Notes: generated by a model from the sequence alone, not told the origin. Numbered from the stretch's first letter, positions 43,201-55,339 are shown. The stretch is 64,000 nt of DNA from an uncultured Gilliamella sp. (GCA_946481345.1 CAMLMY010000003.1:27773-91772), one strand, 5' to 3'. Made by a program: numbers and translations.

Positions 43201-43692
43201 ATGGAATTTGATACATCAATTCTTTGCGATTACTACCCAGAAGATGTGAACGTTGTCGAACCGATATTTAGTAACTTTGGTGGTGTGGCTTCATTTTCTG
43301 GCCAAGTTGTCACCGTGAAATGTTTTGAAGATAACGGCATTTTGTACGAAGTGTTACAATCCAATGGTGCAGGGAAAGTATTGGTTATTGATGGCGGTGG
43401 TTCGGTGCGTCGAGCATTGATAGATGCCGAATTAATTGATATTGCCCTACAAAACCAATGGGAAGGCATTATTGTTTATGGTGCAGTGCGCCAAGTAGAT
43501 TATCTTGCTGATGCTGAAATTGGTATTCAAGCACTAGCTGCAATTCCTGTTGGTGCAGAAGATCAAGGTGTTGGCGAAGTTGATATTCGTGTCAATTTTG
43601 GCGGTGTAACTTTCTTCTCGGGTGATTTTGTTTATGCTGATAATACTGGCATTATCTTATCTGAAATTGCACTTGAAGTAGACGATAAATAA
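43201..43692 (+). CDS. rraA: RNase E activity regulator RraA
   Basis: [25 protein letters not shown]; follows menA as in enterobacteria. Confidence 0.95.
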   Translation: MEFDTSILCDYYPEDVNVVEPIFSNFGGVASFSGQVVTVKCFEDNGILYEVLQSNGAGKVLVIDGGGSVRRALIDAELIDIALQNQWEGIIVYGAVRQVDYLADAEIGIQALAAIPVGAEDQGVGEVDIRVNFGGVTFFSGDFVYADNTGIILSEIALEVDDK

Positions 43693-43723
43693 CTTGGTTC
43701 TTCTTCGTTATTATTTTTAAAAT

Positions 43724-43752
43724 AAACCGCAGTATTTTTACAGCGGTTTTTT
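43724..43752. terminator. Terminator between rraA and dprA
   Basis: AAACCGC...GCGGTTTTTT. Confidence 0.7.
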
Positions 43753-43790
43753 ATGTTGAAAAACCCCGTTCCTCAATTTTTTAGATAACT

Positions 43791-44891
43791 TTATATCGTG
43801 CGGTTACGAATATAGCCTCCAGTGACGGTGATAATTAAGCCAGCTATTTCCATATCTAATAATTTAATGGTTAACTCAGGAATGGGTAAATCAACTAGCG
43901 TAGCGATTGTATCAACAGCAATAGGCTGATGATGAATAACAGCAAAAATTTCTGGATATAAAACGGTATTACCCTCTTTGTTTTCATGATTATTCTGTCG
44001 ATTAAGTGATGATAAAAAGCCACTATAATGTTCTAAAATATCGGTTGGTTTAGTAACCAGATAAGCGCCTTGTTGGATTAAATAATGGCTACCATGGCTA
44101 TTTGGATTATCAATATCACCAGGTAAAGCAAAAACATCACGATTCTGCTCAAGAGCATAACGTGCGGTAATAAGTGAACCACTTTGCTCAGAAGCTTCAA
44201 GCACAAATGTCCCTAAGCTCAATCCACTAATAATTCGATTTCGACGAGGAAAGTATACTGCTCTTGCTTTTTCAAATGGGCTGAATTCTGAAATGAGCGC
44301 TCCATTTTGAGCTAAAATATCGTTTGCCAATCTTAGATTGGCGCGTGGTGTAATTTCCGCTAAACCGCTACCTAATACAGCAATGGTATTGCCGGATACT
44401 TCTAGTGCACCACGATGACAAATGGCATCTAAACCGAGAGCGAGCCCACTAGTAACAGTTAAACCATTAATGGCTAATTCGCTAGCAAAATAGCGCCCCC
44501 ACTGTGCGCCATATTCACTAAATTCACGACTACCCACCATTGCAATTTGTGGAGAGTGTAATAGTTGTTTATTACCCATAACAAATAGCAATAACGGTGG
44601 TGAACTGATTTGTTTAAGTAATGTTGGATAATCTGAGTCACAATAAGCAATCAAATGTTTAGCTGGGTTAGCAGTAGCTAACCAATCAAGGATGGGTTCA
44701 AAATGAAGATAGGAAATGGCAAAAAAACGACTTTGAAGAGTTTTACAAACGCCTATCTTTTCCAATAATAGTGGTACATTATTTATTTTATTAGGTAGAC
44801 CAGCACTAAAATATAGACCTATTTTTTCAAAATATCTTATTCTTTTATGGCCAAGCATTGAAATTCGCAATAAAAATTCATATTTACTCAT
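43791..44891 (-). CDS. dprA: DNA-processing protein DprA/Smf
   Basis: YPTLLKQISSPP, AMVGSR, SGLALGLD, FPRRNRIISGLS, SGSLITA; divergent from def; ORF open to 44927. Confidence 0.94.
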   Translation of the reverse strand: MSKYEFLLRISMLGHKRIRYFEKIGLYFSAGLPNKINNVPLLLEKIGVCKTLQSRFFAISYLHFEPILDWLATANPAKHLIAYCDSDYPTLLKQISSPPLLLFVMGNKQLLHSPQIAMVGSREFSEYGAQWGRYFASELAINGLTVTSGLALGLDAICHRGALEVSGNTIAVLGSGLAEITPRANLRLANDILAQNGALISEFSPFEKARAVYFPRRNRIISGLSLGTFVLEASEQSGSLITARYALEQNRDVFALPGDIDNPNSHGSHYLIQQGAYLVTKPTDILEHYSGFLSSLNRQNNHENKEGNTVLYPEIFAVIHHQPIAVDTIATLVDLPIPELTIKLLDMEIAGLIITVTGGYIRNRTI

Positions 44892-45049
44892 TACAGTCCT
44901 TTTATATACATCGTTAGCTTGAACCATATCTAGAATTGATTAGATATATTTTACCAATAGCCAACTAAGGCTATTCATGGGCATAATAAATGTTTACAAT
45001 GTATACGAAATTGAGAAAACACCAAATTGAGGAGTAGATCGAAGAATTT

Positions 45050-45562
45050 ATGGCTATTTTACCGGTATTACGTTTCCCAGACGAACGACTTCGCACAGTC
45101 GCTAAGCCTGTCTCTAATTTTACACCTGAGCTACAAGAAATTATCGATAATATGGTTGAAACCATGTACGCTGAACATGGCATTGGGCTTGCCGCAACGC
45201 AAGTTGATGTGCATGAGCAAATTATTGTCATTGACGTGTCAGAAGATAAAAGCCAACTTTATGTGATTATTAATCCAGAAGTGATTAGTCAAGAGGGTGA
45301 AACAGGCATTGAAGAAGGATGCTTATCGATACCTGACTGCCGTGGATTTGTGCCTAGATCGGAAAAAATCAAGATTAAAGCGTTAGATCGTAATGGTAAT
45401 CCTTACGAAATCGATGCTGATGAATTGTTAGCCATCTGTATACAGCATGAAATGGATCATTTAAAAGGTAAACTGTTTGTTGATTATCTCTCGCCATTAA
45501 AGCGACAACGTATTGAACAAAAGATGAGAAAACTGACTCGTGAGGAGCAGAAAAATCGATAA
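45050..45562 (+). CDS. def: Peptide deformylase
   Basis: [20 protein letters not shown]. Confidence 0.98.
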   Translation: MAILPVLRFPDERLRTVAKPVSNFTPELQEIIDNMVETMYAEHGIGLAATQVDVHEQIIVIDVSEDKSQLYVIINPEVISQEGETGIEEGCLSIPDCRGFVPRSEKIKIKALDRNGNPYEIDADELLAICIQHEMDHLKGKLFVDYLSPLKRQRIEQKMRKLTREEQKNR

Positions 45563-45592
45563 AAAAACCGCCAACTATTTTGGCGGTTTTTT
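45561..45592. terminator. Bidirectional terminator between def and grpE
   Basis: AAAAAAACCGCCAA-ctat-TTTGGCGGTTTTTT. Confidence 0.85.
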
Positions 45593-45608
45593 ACTATATA
45601 GCCTAACT

Positions 45609-46193
45609 TTATTTAGCTACAATTACCATTGCTGGTCGAATTAATCGGCCATTAAGTGTATAGCCTTTTTGAATAGTATTAACAATTTGTCCTGATTGAT
45701 GTTCTGGCGATTCAACCATACTAATTGCTTGATGCAGATCAGGATTTAGCTGTGAATCAGCTGTATTGATAACTTCAATACCAAATTTTTTGACCGTATC
45801 TAAAAATGATTTAAGTGTTAACTCTAATCCTTCTACCGTTGCTTTATGTTCAGGATTATTTTTATCGGTAGATTCTAATGCCCGTTCAAGATTATCAATC
45901 ACCGGTAAAAGTTCATTTGAGAATTTTTCAAGAGCAAATTTACGTGCTTTATCAACATCTTGTTCAACACGTTTGCGTACATTATCGATTTCAGCACGAG
46001 CACGAATCATTGCTTCACTCTCGTTTTTCTTAGCAAGTTGCAGTGCTTGTTCAAGTTCGCTAATGCGAGCATCTTTAGCTTTTAACTGATCCTCAACACT
46101 TGGTTGTGATGGGGTTTGCTCTTCAGTACTTTGCTCAGCTGGGGTTTCAATGTTTGTCTCATTTTCTGACATATTGTTCTCTTGTTCTGTCAT
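45609..46193 (-). CDS. grpE: Nucleotide exchange factor GrpE
   Basis: RARAEIDNVRKR, LLPVIDNLERAL, QKGYTLNGRLIRPAMV. Confidence 0.97.
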   Translation of the reverse strand: MTEQENNMSENETNIETPAEQSTEEQTPSQPSVEDQLKAKDARISELEQALQLAKKNESEAMIRARAEIDNVRKRVEQDVDKARKFALEKFSNELLPVIDNLERALESTDKNNPEHKATVEGLELTLKSFLDTVKKFGIEVINTADSQLNPDLHQAISMVESPEHQSGQIVNTIQKGYTLNGRLIRPAMVIVAK

Positions 46194-46235
46194 ACGGTAC
46201 TCCAAATTTAGTCGAAAACTTAGTGAATAACAGTT

Positions 46236-46264
46236 ATTATGGGGACAAATTTTATTATTACAAG
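46236..46264 (-). promoter_or_regulatory. Sigma-32 promoter of grpE
   Basis: Minus strand CTTGTA-N14-CCCCATAA. Confidence 0.75.
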
Positions 46265-46347
46265 TTTAACGATAAGATGATATCGTGTTTTTTAATTGAT
46301 AACTAAAAAATAATGATACTAAAGTCAAAAATGAACAAGGATATTTT

Positions 46348-47226
46348 ATGGGTAGACCATTTAAATGTATTGGTTTGGTTGGGATTCCACGTAAATTAGA
46401 GGCGATAGAAACTCATCAAGTACTTTATGACTGGCTAGTTAATTTAGGTATTGCAGTTTTAGTAGAAGATCGATTAGCGCAATATATTAAATTACCTAGC
46501 AATGTCTATGCATCTCTCGATACTATTGGTGAACAAGCAGATTTAGCCATTGTGGTGGGGGGCGACGGCAATATGTTACGTTCCGCGCGTCACTTATCAC
46601 ACTATAAAATCAAAGTAATTGGGGTGAATCGAGGTAATTTGGGTTTTTTAACTGATATTTCTCACGACCATGTCATTGAACAATTAACACCGGTTATTAA
46701 AGGTGAATATGACGAGGATTCACGATTTTTACTAGAAGTATCTATCTATAGTGATGGTCAATTAATTAATTCTGGTTTTGCGGTAAACGAAATTGTGGTT
46801 ACCCCCAATACTGTTGCGCATATGATTGATTATGATGTGTATATCAATGAGCGTAATGCCTTCTCACAACGTGCTGATGGTTTAATTATTGCCACGCCGA
46901 CTGGTTCGACCGCTTATTCACTATCGGCTGGTGGGCCAATACTGGCGCCACATTTAGATGCGTTAATTATTACGCCAATGTTTCCACACTCTTTGGCAGT
47001 TAGACCTTTAGTGATTAAGAGTGATGATCCGATTCATCTTAAATTTCCAACTACCGCTTTGGATCTTAATATAGCTTGTGATAGCCAAATTATTTTACCG
47101 GTTAGGCCAACCCAAGATGTGATAATCCGTCGCTCCAATTATGAATTTAATTTAATCCATACTAAAGACTATGATTATTTTAATAATTTATCGAGTAAGT
47201 TAGGATGGTCACAAAAAATGTTTTAA
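46348..47226 (+). CDS. nadK: NAD kinase
   Basis: GGDGNML, GNLGFL, VNE, TPTGSTAYSLSAGGP. Confidence 0.97.
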   Translation: MGRPFKCIGLVGIPRKLEAIETHQVLYDWLVNLGIAVLVEDRLAQYIKLPSNVYASLDTIGEQADLAIVVGGDGNMLRSARHLSHYKIKVIGVNRGNLGFLTDISHDHVIEQLTPVIKGEYDEDSRFLLEVSIYSDGQLINSGFAVNEIVVTPNTVAHMIDYDVYINERNAFSQRADGLIIATPTGSTAYSLSAGGPILAPHLDALIITPMFPHSLAVRPLVIKSDDPIHLKFPTTALDLNIACDSQIILPVRPTQDVIIRRSNYEFNLIHTKDYDYFNNLSSKLGWSQKMF

Positions 47227-47290
47227 GGGTTGCTATGCTAAGTAACCCTTATTTTCATATTGAAATTATCATTTAAAGATAGATTTATCT

Positions 47291-47788
47291 TTAAATGATA
47301 AAGGTTAAAAGATAAACCGATAATGATGAAAAGATTGCCGCGATCACATCATCAACCATAATGCCAAATCCCCCTGGTACGCGTTTATCAAACCAACGGA
47401 TTGGCCAAGGTTTGGCCATATCAAAGATTCTAAATGCAACAAAAGCAATCGTTACCCATAAAATCGAAATCTGTGGAATAAAAAATAAAGTTATCCACAT
47501 ACCGACAAATTCATCCCAGACAATATGGCCTGAATCATGAGTATGAGTATCATCTGAAGTTTTTTGGCAAACAAAACAACCAAAAATAAAGGTTACTAAA
47601 ATAAACACCCAATATAACGTTGGCGTTAAACCGTAGAATAACAGCCATAATGGGATCGCCATTAATGATCCCATAGTACCCGGCATGATTGGCGATAAAC
47701 CACTACATAAGCCAACAGCCAAAAAGTGAATGGGATTAGTTAGCTTAAGGTACTTTCTAAAATCTTTATTGCGCTGTTTTTTAGTCAT
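47291..47788 (-). CDS. pgpA: Phosphatidylglycerophosphatase A
   Basis: PGTMGS, DSGHIVWDE, FRIFDMAKPWPI, GIMVDD. Confidence 0.95.
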   Translation of the reverse strand: MTKKQRNKDFRKYLKLTNPIHFLAVGLCSGLSPIMPGTMGSLMAIPLWLLFYGLTPTLYWVFILVTFIFGCFVCQKTSDDTHTHDSGHIVWDEFVGMWITLFFIPQISILWVTIAFVAFRIFDMAKPWPIRWFDKRVPGGFGIMVDDVIAAIFSSLSVYLLTFII

Positions 47789-47890
47789 TATGATAAAAAT
47801 CTTTTGATAAAATTATGCCGACATTAGGTCGGCAAAAAGTTTCTTAGCCAAGTTAAGCTAAGCAAGCAATGATGATAATCAAATATATTA

Positions 47891-48898
47891 TTAGTCTTTA
47901 GCTAACGTTGCAACCATTACTGCTTTAATCGTATGCAAGCGGTTTTCAGCTTCATCAAAAACGATGCTATGTTTAGATTCAAAGACTTCATCTGTGACTT
48001 CTAAACCATTTTTTAAACCATACTGAGCTGCCATTTGTTTACCAACAGTGGTATTCATATCATGAAATGCTGGTAAACAGTGCATAAATTTGACTTCTGG
48101 ATTACCAGTTAAATTGATGACATCCTGATTTACTTGATATGGCGTTAATAATTTGACTCTTTCGTCCCAAACTTCTTTTGGTTCGCCCATCGATACCCAA
48201 ACATCGGTATATAGAAAATCCACATCTTTAACACCATCAGCAACGTCTTGCGTTAAAATGATTTTTGCGCCAGTCGTTTTAGCTATTTCTTGGCATTTTT
48301 GTACCAATTCAGCTTCTGGCTGACAAGCTTTAGGGGCCACCAAACGAATTTCCATGCCCATAAGTGCAGCACCTTCCATTAATGAGTTACCCATGTTATT
48401 ACGGGCATCACCTAAATAAGCAAATTTAACACTGCTTAATGCTCGCTCACCAATATGTTCTTGCATGGTCATAAAATCAGCTAAAATTTGAGTTGGATGT
48501 GCTTCAGTGGTTAAACCATTCCAAACCGGGACACCAGAATATTTAGCTAAGGTTTCAACAATTTCTTGCCCATAGCCACGGTATTCAATGCCATCATACA
48601 TTCTGCCTAATACTCGAGCCGTGTCCGCAATTGATTCTTTGTGTCCAATTTGGCTGCCACTTGGCCCTAAATAGGTAACTTGTGCACCTTGATCAAATGC
48701 ACCAACTTCAAATGCACAACGAGTGCGAGTTGAGTCTTTTTCAAAAATAAGCGCAATATTTTTACCGACTAAATGTTGTTTTTCGGTACCTTGTTTTTTG
48801 GCTTTTTTTAATTCAATAGCTAGATTAATCAATTGATTGATTTCTGCTGGAGTAAAGTCAAGTAAACGTAAAAAATGACGTTGATAAAAACCGTGCAT
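47891..48898 (-). CDS. argF: Ornithine carbamoyltransferase
   Basis: STRTR, HPTQ, HCLP, AENRLH. Confidence 0.97.
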   Translation of the reverse strand: MHGFYQRHFLRLLDFTPAEINQLINLAIELKKAKKQGTEKQHLVGKNIALIFEKDSTRTRCAFEVGAFDQGAQVTYLGPSGSQIGHKESIADTARVLGRMYDGIEYRGYGQEIVETLAKYSGVPVWNGLTTEAHPTQILADFMTMQEHIGERALSSVKFAYLGDARNNMGNSLMEGAALMGMEIRLVAPKACQPEAELVQKCQEIAKTTGAKIILTQDVADGVKDVDFLYTDVWVSMGEPKEVWDERVKLLTPYQVNQDVINLTGNPEVKFMHCLPAFHDMNTTVGKQMAAQYGLKNGLEVTDEVFESKHSIVFDEAENRLHTIKAVMVATLAKD

Positions 48899-48938
48899 AC
48901 AGAGCTCCTAATAGCCGTAAAAAATTATTAAGATTTTA

Positions 48939-48956
48939 TTTGAATAATTATGCAAT
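48939..48956. promoter_or_regulatory. ARG box upstream of argF
   Basis: TTTGAATAATTATGCAAT versus consensus WNTGAATAATTATTCANW. Confidence 0.75.
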
Positions 48957-49115
48957 TTCAAGTTAAACATTTCATATTTATGTGATATTGGTGTTAAATT
49001 ATGGAATAGTCTAAAAAATTAGACTTTATTGTTTAATTATTTTTTATAATATCGCTTTTTTTGTTTAAAAAATTGTAATAAAATGGCCAAATATTGTCTC
49101 TTTAGAAAACAATTA

Positions 49116-49154
49116 ATTGAATTTTTATTCATAATTATTGATTATTTAATCAAA
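49116..49154. promoter_or_regulatory. Tandem ARG boxes upstream of carA
   Basis: ATTGAATTTTTATTCATA-att-ATTGATTATTTAATCAAA with the canonical 3-bp spacing. Confidence 0.75.
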
Positions 49155-49167
49155 AGGTCGTTTAATC

Positions 49168-50328
49168 ATGCAAACTTATGCCCTCCTTATTTTACAAGAT
49201 GGTTCACAATTTATTGGTAAATCAATTGGTGCTGAAGGCCAAACTGTTGGTGAAGTTGTATTTAATACTTCTATGACAGGGTATCAAGAAATTCTTACTG
49301 ATCCTTCATATTGTGAACAAATAGTGACATTAACGTATCCGCATATTGGTAATGTTGGTACCAATAGTGCTGATGCCGAATCAACGCAAGTTTATGCAAA
49401 AGGATTGATTATTCGAGATTTACCATTAATCGTAAGTAATTATCGCAGCGAAATGGATCTTTCAAGTTATTTAAAAAAACATAATGTGATTGCAATAGCA
49501 GATATTGATACACGTCGTTTAACACGTATTTTACGTGAAAAAGGGGCACAACATGGCGTGATTATTACCGCAAATGATAAACAGACCTTACTTGATAATG
49601 TAGAAAATGCTAAACAACAGGCAGTAGGTTATAAGGGTTTAAGTGGTTTAGATCTGGCTCAAGATGTGACGTGCAGTAAAAGTTATACATGGACCAGCAG
49701 TATATGGACAATTCAACAAGAGTATCCAATCCCAAAAACAGAAAGTGAACTACCTTACCATGTTGTTGCTTATGACTTTGGTGTTAAACAAAATATTTTA
49801 AGGATGTTAGTTGCGCGTGGATGTAAGTTAACTGTTGTTCCCGCTAAAACGCCAGCAGATGAAGTGCTGGCATTAAATCCGGATGGTATCTTTTTATCAA
49901 ATGGCCCAGGAGATCCGGCGCCTTGTACTTATGCTATTGACGCGATTAAGCAGTTTCTGACTACCGATATTCCTGTTTTTGGTATCTGTTTGGGACACCA
50001 ATTGTTAGCGCTAGCCTGTGGTGCTAAAACTATCAAAATGAAATTTGGTCACCATGGTGGTAACCATCCAGTTAAAGATTTGGAAAATAATAGGGTAATG
50101 ATTACTGCGCAAAATCATGGCTTTGCTGTCGATGAAAATTCCTTACCTAATCATTTACGAGCTACACATAAATCGTTATTCGATGGTTCATTACAAGGTA
50201 TTCATCACAATCAAAAACCAGCATTTAGTTTTCAGGGCCATCCAGAGGCAAGTCCGGGGCCTCATGATGCTGCGCCACTTTTTGATCACTTTATTGAATT
50301 AATTAAAATTTATAAGCAGGAGCAATAA
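49168..50328 (+). CDS. carA: Carbamoyl-phosphate synthase small subunit
   Basis: [40 protein letters not shown]. Confidence 0.98.
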   Translation: MQTYALLILQDGSQFIGKSIGAEGQTVGEVVFNTSMTGYQEILTDPSYCEQIVTLTYPHIGNVGTNSADAESTQVYAKGLIIRDLPLIVSNYRSEMDLSSYLKKHNVIAIADIDTRRLTRILREKGAQHGVIITANDKQTLLDNVENAKQQAVGYKGLSGLDLAQDVTCSKSYTWTSSIWTIQQEYPIPKTESELPYHVVAYDFGVKQNILRMLVARGCKLTVVPAKTPADEVLALNPDGIFLSNGPGDPAPCTYAIDAIKQFLTTDIPVFGICLGHQLLALACGAKTIKMKFGHHGGNHPVKDLENNRVMITAQNHGFAVDENSLPNHLRATHKSLFDGSLQGIHHNQKPAFSFQGHPEASPGPHDAAPLFDHFIELIKIYKQEQ

Positions 50329-50329
50329 C

Positions 50330-53300
50330 ATGGCTAAGCGAACAGATATTAAAAGTATTCTAATTATTGGCGCAGGGCCAATCGTTATCGGTCAAGCTTG
50401 TGAATTTGATTATTCCGGTGCTCAGGCATGTAAAGCATTACGTGAAGAGGGCTATCGAGTCATTTTAGTTAACTCAAATCCCGCAACCATTATGACCGAT
50501 TCAGAAATGGCTGATGCTACCTATATTGAGCCTATCCACTGGACATGTGTGCGCAAAATTATCGAGAAAGAGCGACCTGATGCCATTTTACCGACAATGG
50601 GGGGGCAAACGGCATTAAATTGTGCATTAGAGCTTGAAAAACAGGGAGTATTAAAAGAGTTTAATGTTGAAATGATCGGTGCTACTGCCGATGCGATTGA
50701 TAAAGCGGAAGATCGCAAACGCTTTGATCAGGCGATGAAAAAAATTGGTCTTGATACAGCTCGTTCTGGTATTGCTCACTCATTAACAGAAGCTTATGCG
50801 GTATTAGAACAAGTCGGCTTTCCTTGTATTATTCGTCCTTCTTTTACAATGGGGGGAACCGGTGGCGGTATAGCTTACAATCAAGAAGAATTTGAGGAAA
50901 TATGTACTCGAGGACTTGATTTATCACCGACTAATGAATTACTTATTGATGAATCATTGATTGGATGGAAAGAGTATGAAATGGAGGTCGTGCGGGATAA
51001 AAATGACAATTGTATTATTGTTTGTTCGATTGAAAATTTCGATCCTATGGGGATCCACACTGGCGACTCAATCACGGTTGCACCGGCACAAACCTTAACA
51101 GATAAAGAGTATCAAATTATGCGTAATGCCTCAATTGCGGTATTACGTGAGATAGGCGTTGAAACTGGTGGTTCAAATGTTCAATTTTCGGTTGACCCAA
51201 AAACAGGTCGATTAATTGTGATAGAAATGAATCCTCGGGTATCGCGTTCTTCAGCATTAGCATCTAAAGCAACTGGTTTTCCTATTGCTAAGATCGCGGC
51301 TAAATTAGCGGTTGGTTATACACTTGATGAACTCTGCAATGATATTACTGGTGGAAAAACACCTGCTTCTTTCGAACCTACTATTGATTATGTCGTTACT
51401 AAGATCCCACGGTTTAATTTTGAAAAATTTGCTGGCTGTAATGATCGCTTAACTACTCAAATGAAATCAGTTGGTGAAGTGATGGCCATTGGCCGAACAT
51501 TCCAAGAATCCATGCAAAAAGCACTTCGAGGTCTAGAAGTTGGCGCCAGTGGGTTGGACGAAAAAATCGATGAGTATAGTGATGAAAAGAATCTAACTAA
51601 AATTCGTTATGAATTGCAGGAAGCTGGTAGTGAGCGTATTTGGTATCTAGCTGATGCGTTTCGTGCTGGTTTCACGCTGGATGAAATCTTTTTATTAACC
51701 CATATTGATCGTTGGTTCTTAGTGCAAATTGAAGAGTTAGTCCAAATAGAAAATCGCTTAAAACAGCAAACGATTGAAGATCTTGATCAAGAGGCATTAT
51801 GGCAGCTTAAGCGCAAAGGATTTTCCGATCTTCGTATCGCCAAACTCCTAGGTTGCCAAGAACAAATAGTGCGAGATCTACGTTGGCAATATGATATTCA
51901 CCCAGTTTATAAACGAGTAGATACTTGTGCTGCTGAATTTTCAACCGATACAGCCTATCTTTACTCAACATATGAGCAAGAGTGTGAAGCACAACCACAA
52001 TTTAATCGTAAAAAGATTATGATTTTGGGTGGTGGGCCGAATCGAATTGGTCAAGGCATTGAATTTGATTACTGCTGTGTACATGCTGCATTGGCTTTAC
52101 GTGAAGATGGTTTTGAAACCATTATGGTAAATTGTAATCCAGAAACTGTTTCAACCGATTACGATACTTCGGATCGTCTGTATTTTGAGCCAGTTACTCT
52201 TGAGGATGTACTTGGAATAGCTTATGTTGAAAAACCTGATGGGGTAATCGTGCAGTATGGCGGTCAAACGCCGCTTAAACTTGCCCGAGCACTTGAACAA
52301 GCAGGCGTACCGATTATTGGTACGTCACCTGATGCTATTGATAAAGCTGAAGATCGCAAACGTTTCCAAGCTATCGTTGATAAGTTGCAGTTAAAACAAC
52401 CCGTAAATGCTACTGTCACTGATCTCGATGAAGCAGTGATTAAAGCTGAGCAAATTGGTTATCCATTAGTGGTTCGTCCTTCTTACGTATTAGGCGGACG
52501 AGCAATGGAAATTGTTTACAATGAACAAGATTTACGCCGTTATTTTAAAACTGCGGTGAGTGAGTCAAATAATGCACCTGTACTACTTGATCACTTTTTA
52601 GATGATGCAATCGAGGTGGATATTGATGTCATTGCTGATGGTGAACAAATTATTATTGGTGGCATTATGGAACATATTGAACAAGCTGGTATTCACTCTG
52701 GCGATTCCGCTTGTTCGCTACCAACGTATACATTAAGTCCTGAAATTCTAGCTGAACTGCGTAAACAAGCTAAACAGTTAGCATTCGAGTTAAACGTAAA
52801 AGGTTTAATGAATGGACAGTTTGCCGTAAAAGATAATCAAGTCTATCTGATTGAAATTAATCCTCGGGCTGCACGAACGGTACCTTTTGTCTCGAAAGCC
52901 ACAGGGTTACCATTGGCCAAAATTGCAGCTCGGGTGATGACAGGAAAATCTCTGGCACAACAGAATGTGACTAAAGAAGTGCTGCCTCCTTATTACTCAG
53001 TTAAAGAAGTGGTATTACCATTTAATAAGTTTAGTGGTGTCGATCCTATTTTAGGCCCTGAAATGCGCTCAACCGGTGAAGTCATGGGAATTGGTAAAAC
53101 ATTTGCCGAAGCTTTTGCTAAAGCACAACTTGGTAGTTTATCTAACATGAAAAAATCGGGTAAAGCATTACTTTCAGTTCGTGAACAAGATAAATCAAGA
53201 CTATTAGAAGTGGCTAAACGTTTAATTGCGCATGGTTTTACGATTGATGCAACCTTGGGTACGGCCAAACTGTTACAACAAGCAGGTATCAGCTGTCAAA

Positions 53301-53545
53301 TCGTTAAAAAAGAGAATGAAGGTCGGCCAAATATTCATGATCATATTAAAAATGGCGAGTACAGTTATATTCTTAACACAACTTCAGGTCGTGCGGCTAT
53401 TGAAGCATCTAAAATCCTACGCCGTAGTGCTATCCAATATAAGGTTCATTATGATACGACTATGAATGCAGCTTATGCTACGACAGCAGCTCTGGATTAC
53501 GATCCTGCTGATAGTGTGATACCGTTACAAGCACTTTATCAATAA
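50330..53545 (+). CDS. carB: Carbamoyl-phosphate synthase large subunit
   Basis: [28 protein letters not shown]; duplicated ATP-grasp; MGS domain. Confidence 0.99.
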   Translation: MAKRTDIKSILIIGAGPIVIGQACEFDYSGAQACKALREEGYRVILVNSNPATIMTDSEMADATYIEPIHWTCVRKIIEKERPDAILPTMGGQTALNCALELEKQGVLKEFNVEMIGATADAIDKAEDRKRFDQAMKKIGLDTARSGIAHSLTEAYAVLEQVGFPCIIRPSFTMGGTGGGIAYNQEEFEEICTRGLDLSPTNELLIDESLIGWKEYEMEVVRDKNDNCIIVCSIENFDPMGIHTGDSITVAPAQTLTDKEYQIMRNASIAVLREIGVETGGSNVQFSVDPKTGRLIVIEMNPRVSRSSALASKATGFPIAKIAAKLAVGYTLDELCNDITGGKTPASFEPTIDYVVTKIPRFNFEKFAGCNDRLTTQMKSVGEVMAIGRTFQESMQKALRGLEVGASGLDEKIDEYSDEKNLTKIRYELQEAGSERIWYLADAFRAGFTLDEIFLLTHIDRWFLVQIEELVQIENRLKQQTIEDLDQEALWQLKRKGFSDLRIAKLLGCQEQIVRDLRWQYDIHPVYKRVDTCAAEFSTDTAYLYSTYEQECEAQPQFNRKKIMILGGGPNRIGQGIEFDYCCVHAALALREDGFETIMVNCNPETVSTDYDTSDRLYFEPVTLEDVLGIAYVEKPDGVIVQYGGQTPLKLARALEQAGVPIIGTSPDAIDKAEDRKRFQAIVDKLQLKQPVNATVTDLDEAVIKAEQIGYPLVVRPSYVLGGRAMEIVYNEQDLRRYFKTAVSESNNAPVLLDHFLDDAIEVDIDVIADGEQIIIGGIMEHIEQAGIHSGDSACSLPTYTLSPEILAELRKQAKQLAFELNVKGLMNGQFAVKDNQVYLIEINPRAARTVPFVSKATGLPLAKIAARVMTGKSLAQQNVTKEVLPPYYSVKEVVLPFNKFSGVDPILGPEMRSTGEVMGIGKTFAEAFAKAQLGSLSNMKKSGKALLSVREQDKSRLLEVAKRLIAHGFTIDATLGTAKLLQQAGISCQIVKKENEGRPNIHDHIKNGEYSYILNTTSGRAAIEASKILRRSAIQYKVHYDTTMNAAYATTAALDYDPADSVIPLQALYQ

Positions 53546-53547
53546 GC

Positions 53548-53576
53548 AAAAAGACGAGCTATAGCTCGTCTTTTTT
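53548..53576. terminator. Bidirectional terminator between carB and the GFA gene
   Basis: AAAAAGACGAGC-tata-GCTCGTCTTTTTT. Confidence 0.88.
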
Positions 53577-53596
53577 GATTGATCATAATTTATTTT

Positions 53597-54016
53597 TTAA
53601 CTCTTGGCTTCAACCATCGCTAAGATATCCGCTTCGGTTAGTTTGTGAGTAGGATTAGCGAAAGCATAACAAATTGGTTTCTTATCGATAAACACTTCTG
53701 CAGTAAATTCTAAATCTTTAATATCATCAAAGATCCAAGCAGCAAAATAGTAATTTTGTGTATCTTTTAAACGATAATAAAGATGTGAACCACACTCTTT
53801 GCAAAATGTTCTTTCTGCCCATTGTGATGAATTAAAATGACTAATGTTCTCTTGCCCTTCTATCGTTATATCGCCACTATGTGCTAATGTCATTAATGGC
53901 CCAGCACTCCATTTACGGCAAGTTTGGCAATGACATGCACTTAAATGTGTATTAGCAAACGGAACCGCTAATTTTACTTTTCCGCATAAACAAGATCCAT
54001 GATATTGAGTAGACAT
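53597..54016 (-). CDS. GFA (Mss4-like, glutathione-dependent formaldehyde-activating) family protein
   Basis: GSCLCG, ACHCQTCRKW, FCKECGS. Confidence 0.88.
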   Translation of the reverse strand: MSTQYHGSCLCGKVKLAVPFANTHLSACHCQTCRKWSAGPLMTLAHSGDITIEGQENISHFNSSQWAERTFCKECGSHLYYRLKDTQNYYFAAWIFDDIKDLEFTAEVFIDKKPICYAFANPTHKLTEADILAMVEAKS

Positions 54017-54235
54017 ATTTTTTCCTTTTTCCAATTAATGATTTTGCTAATTGGTTAAATATTAGCATAATGAATAATCAACTAGAATAAGTTTGGTTGT
54101 AAAAAATATTGAGGAGTGTATACCGTCTAGTATATAAATTGTCTTTATTTGTTAAGGAATGTGTAAAAAAAGGACAGTTAGACTAGTAAGGTATTGCTTT
54201 ATTATTTTATTAAGATAATATAGCCACCTCTTTGA

Positions 54236-54312
<77 letters not shown>

Positions 54313-54353
54313 ATTTCTCCAAATCTTTCTCCACTTTTATTTATTGTTAATTA

Positions 54354-55238
54354 TTATGCAGATTTTGGCACAGCAAGTAATGTTGATACTGCTTCGCTAA
54401 TACGTCTAGCAATGTAACTATTATTCATTGTGTATAAATGGATGCCATCAACATTTTGTGAGACTAAATCAACAATCTGATCGATAGCATAAGCAATACC
54501 AGCATCACGAAATGCATCAGGGTGATGTTCATATTTTTCCATCATCTGTTTGAACTTTTTAGGTAAATTTACGCCACACATTGAAACCATGCGTTCAATC
54601 TGATTTTTATTGGTAACGGGCATAATACCTGCTTCAATTGGTACATTAATATCCATGTCATGTGCTTTATCTAAAAAAGCATAAAAATAATCATTATCAA
54701 AAAATAGTTGTGAAATTAGCTGATCGGTACCGGCATTTACTTTTTCTTTTAGATGAATTAAATCTTGTTTAAGCGTCGTTGCTTCAAGATGCCCTTCTGG
54801 ATAGCATGCGCCAATAACATTAAAATCACCATTTTCTTTAATAAAGGTAACTAATTCGCTAGCAAAACGAAAATCATCTTTTGGTGGTACATTGGGACTG
54901 ATATCACCACGTAATGCTAATACATTATCAATTCCGGCACATTTGAGGTCGTGAAGAATTTTTAGCATTTCGGCTTTGTCGAAGTTGATCCCTGGTAAAT
55001 GGGCGACACTTTCAATACCATAAGTATGTTTAACCGCATGTGCAATATCAATTGTCGTTTGGCCATTTAAGCTACCACCGGCACCATAAGTGACACTAAT
55101 AAAGTCAGGTTTAAAATAACCTAATTCGCGTAATGTGCTATAAATTGTCTCTAATGGTGACGTTTTTTTAGGTGGAAAAACCTCAAAGGAAAATACTGTT
55201 TTTTGGTTAAATAATAAATTTGTTTTCATTGGTACCAT
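54354..55238 (-). CDS. metF: 5,10-methylenetetrahydrofolate reductase
   Basis: SFEVFPPK, ISVTYGAGG, LALRGD, YPEGH, HLYTMN; start may be 55229. Confidence 0.95.
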   Translation of the reverse strand: MVPMKTNLLFNQKTVFSFEVFPPKKTSPLETIYSTLRELGYFKPDFISVTYGAGGSLNGQTTIDIAHAVKHTYGIESVAHLPGINFDKAEMLKILHDLKCAGIDNVLALRGDISPNVPPKDDFRFASELVTFIKENGDFNVIGACYPEGHLEATTLKQDLIHLKEKVNAGTDQLISQLFFDNDYFYAFLDKAHDMDINVPIEAGIMPVTNKNQIERMVSMCGVNLPKKFKQMMEKYEHHPDAFRDAGIAYAIDQIVDLVSQNVDGIHLYTMNNSYIARRISEAVSTLLAVPKSA

Positions 55239-55270
55239 CCATTCTTGCTATCTTTTTTTACTCTACTGAC

Positions 55271-55300
55271 ATTACCGCCGCCTATAAAGGCGGCGGTAAT
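55271..55300. other. GC-rich perfect hairpin between metE and metF
   Basis: ATTACCGCCGCCT-ATAA-AGGCGGCGGTAAT, 13-bp stem. Confidence 0.85.
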
Positions 55301-55339
55301 TAAGACAGACAAAGCTAATTAACTTTATAAAAAACAGTG

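Noticed and set aside
43724-45592. Pasteurellaceae-type DNA uptake sequences in terminators containing ACCGC/GCGGT
   Set aside because: They lack the full AAGTGCGGT core and are explained as ordinary terminators.
47816-47863. Two hairpins between argF and pgpA as a possible sRNA
   Set aside because: Short, and most simply explained as the argF terminator or a stabiliser; no promoter evidence.
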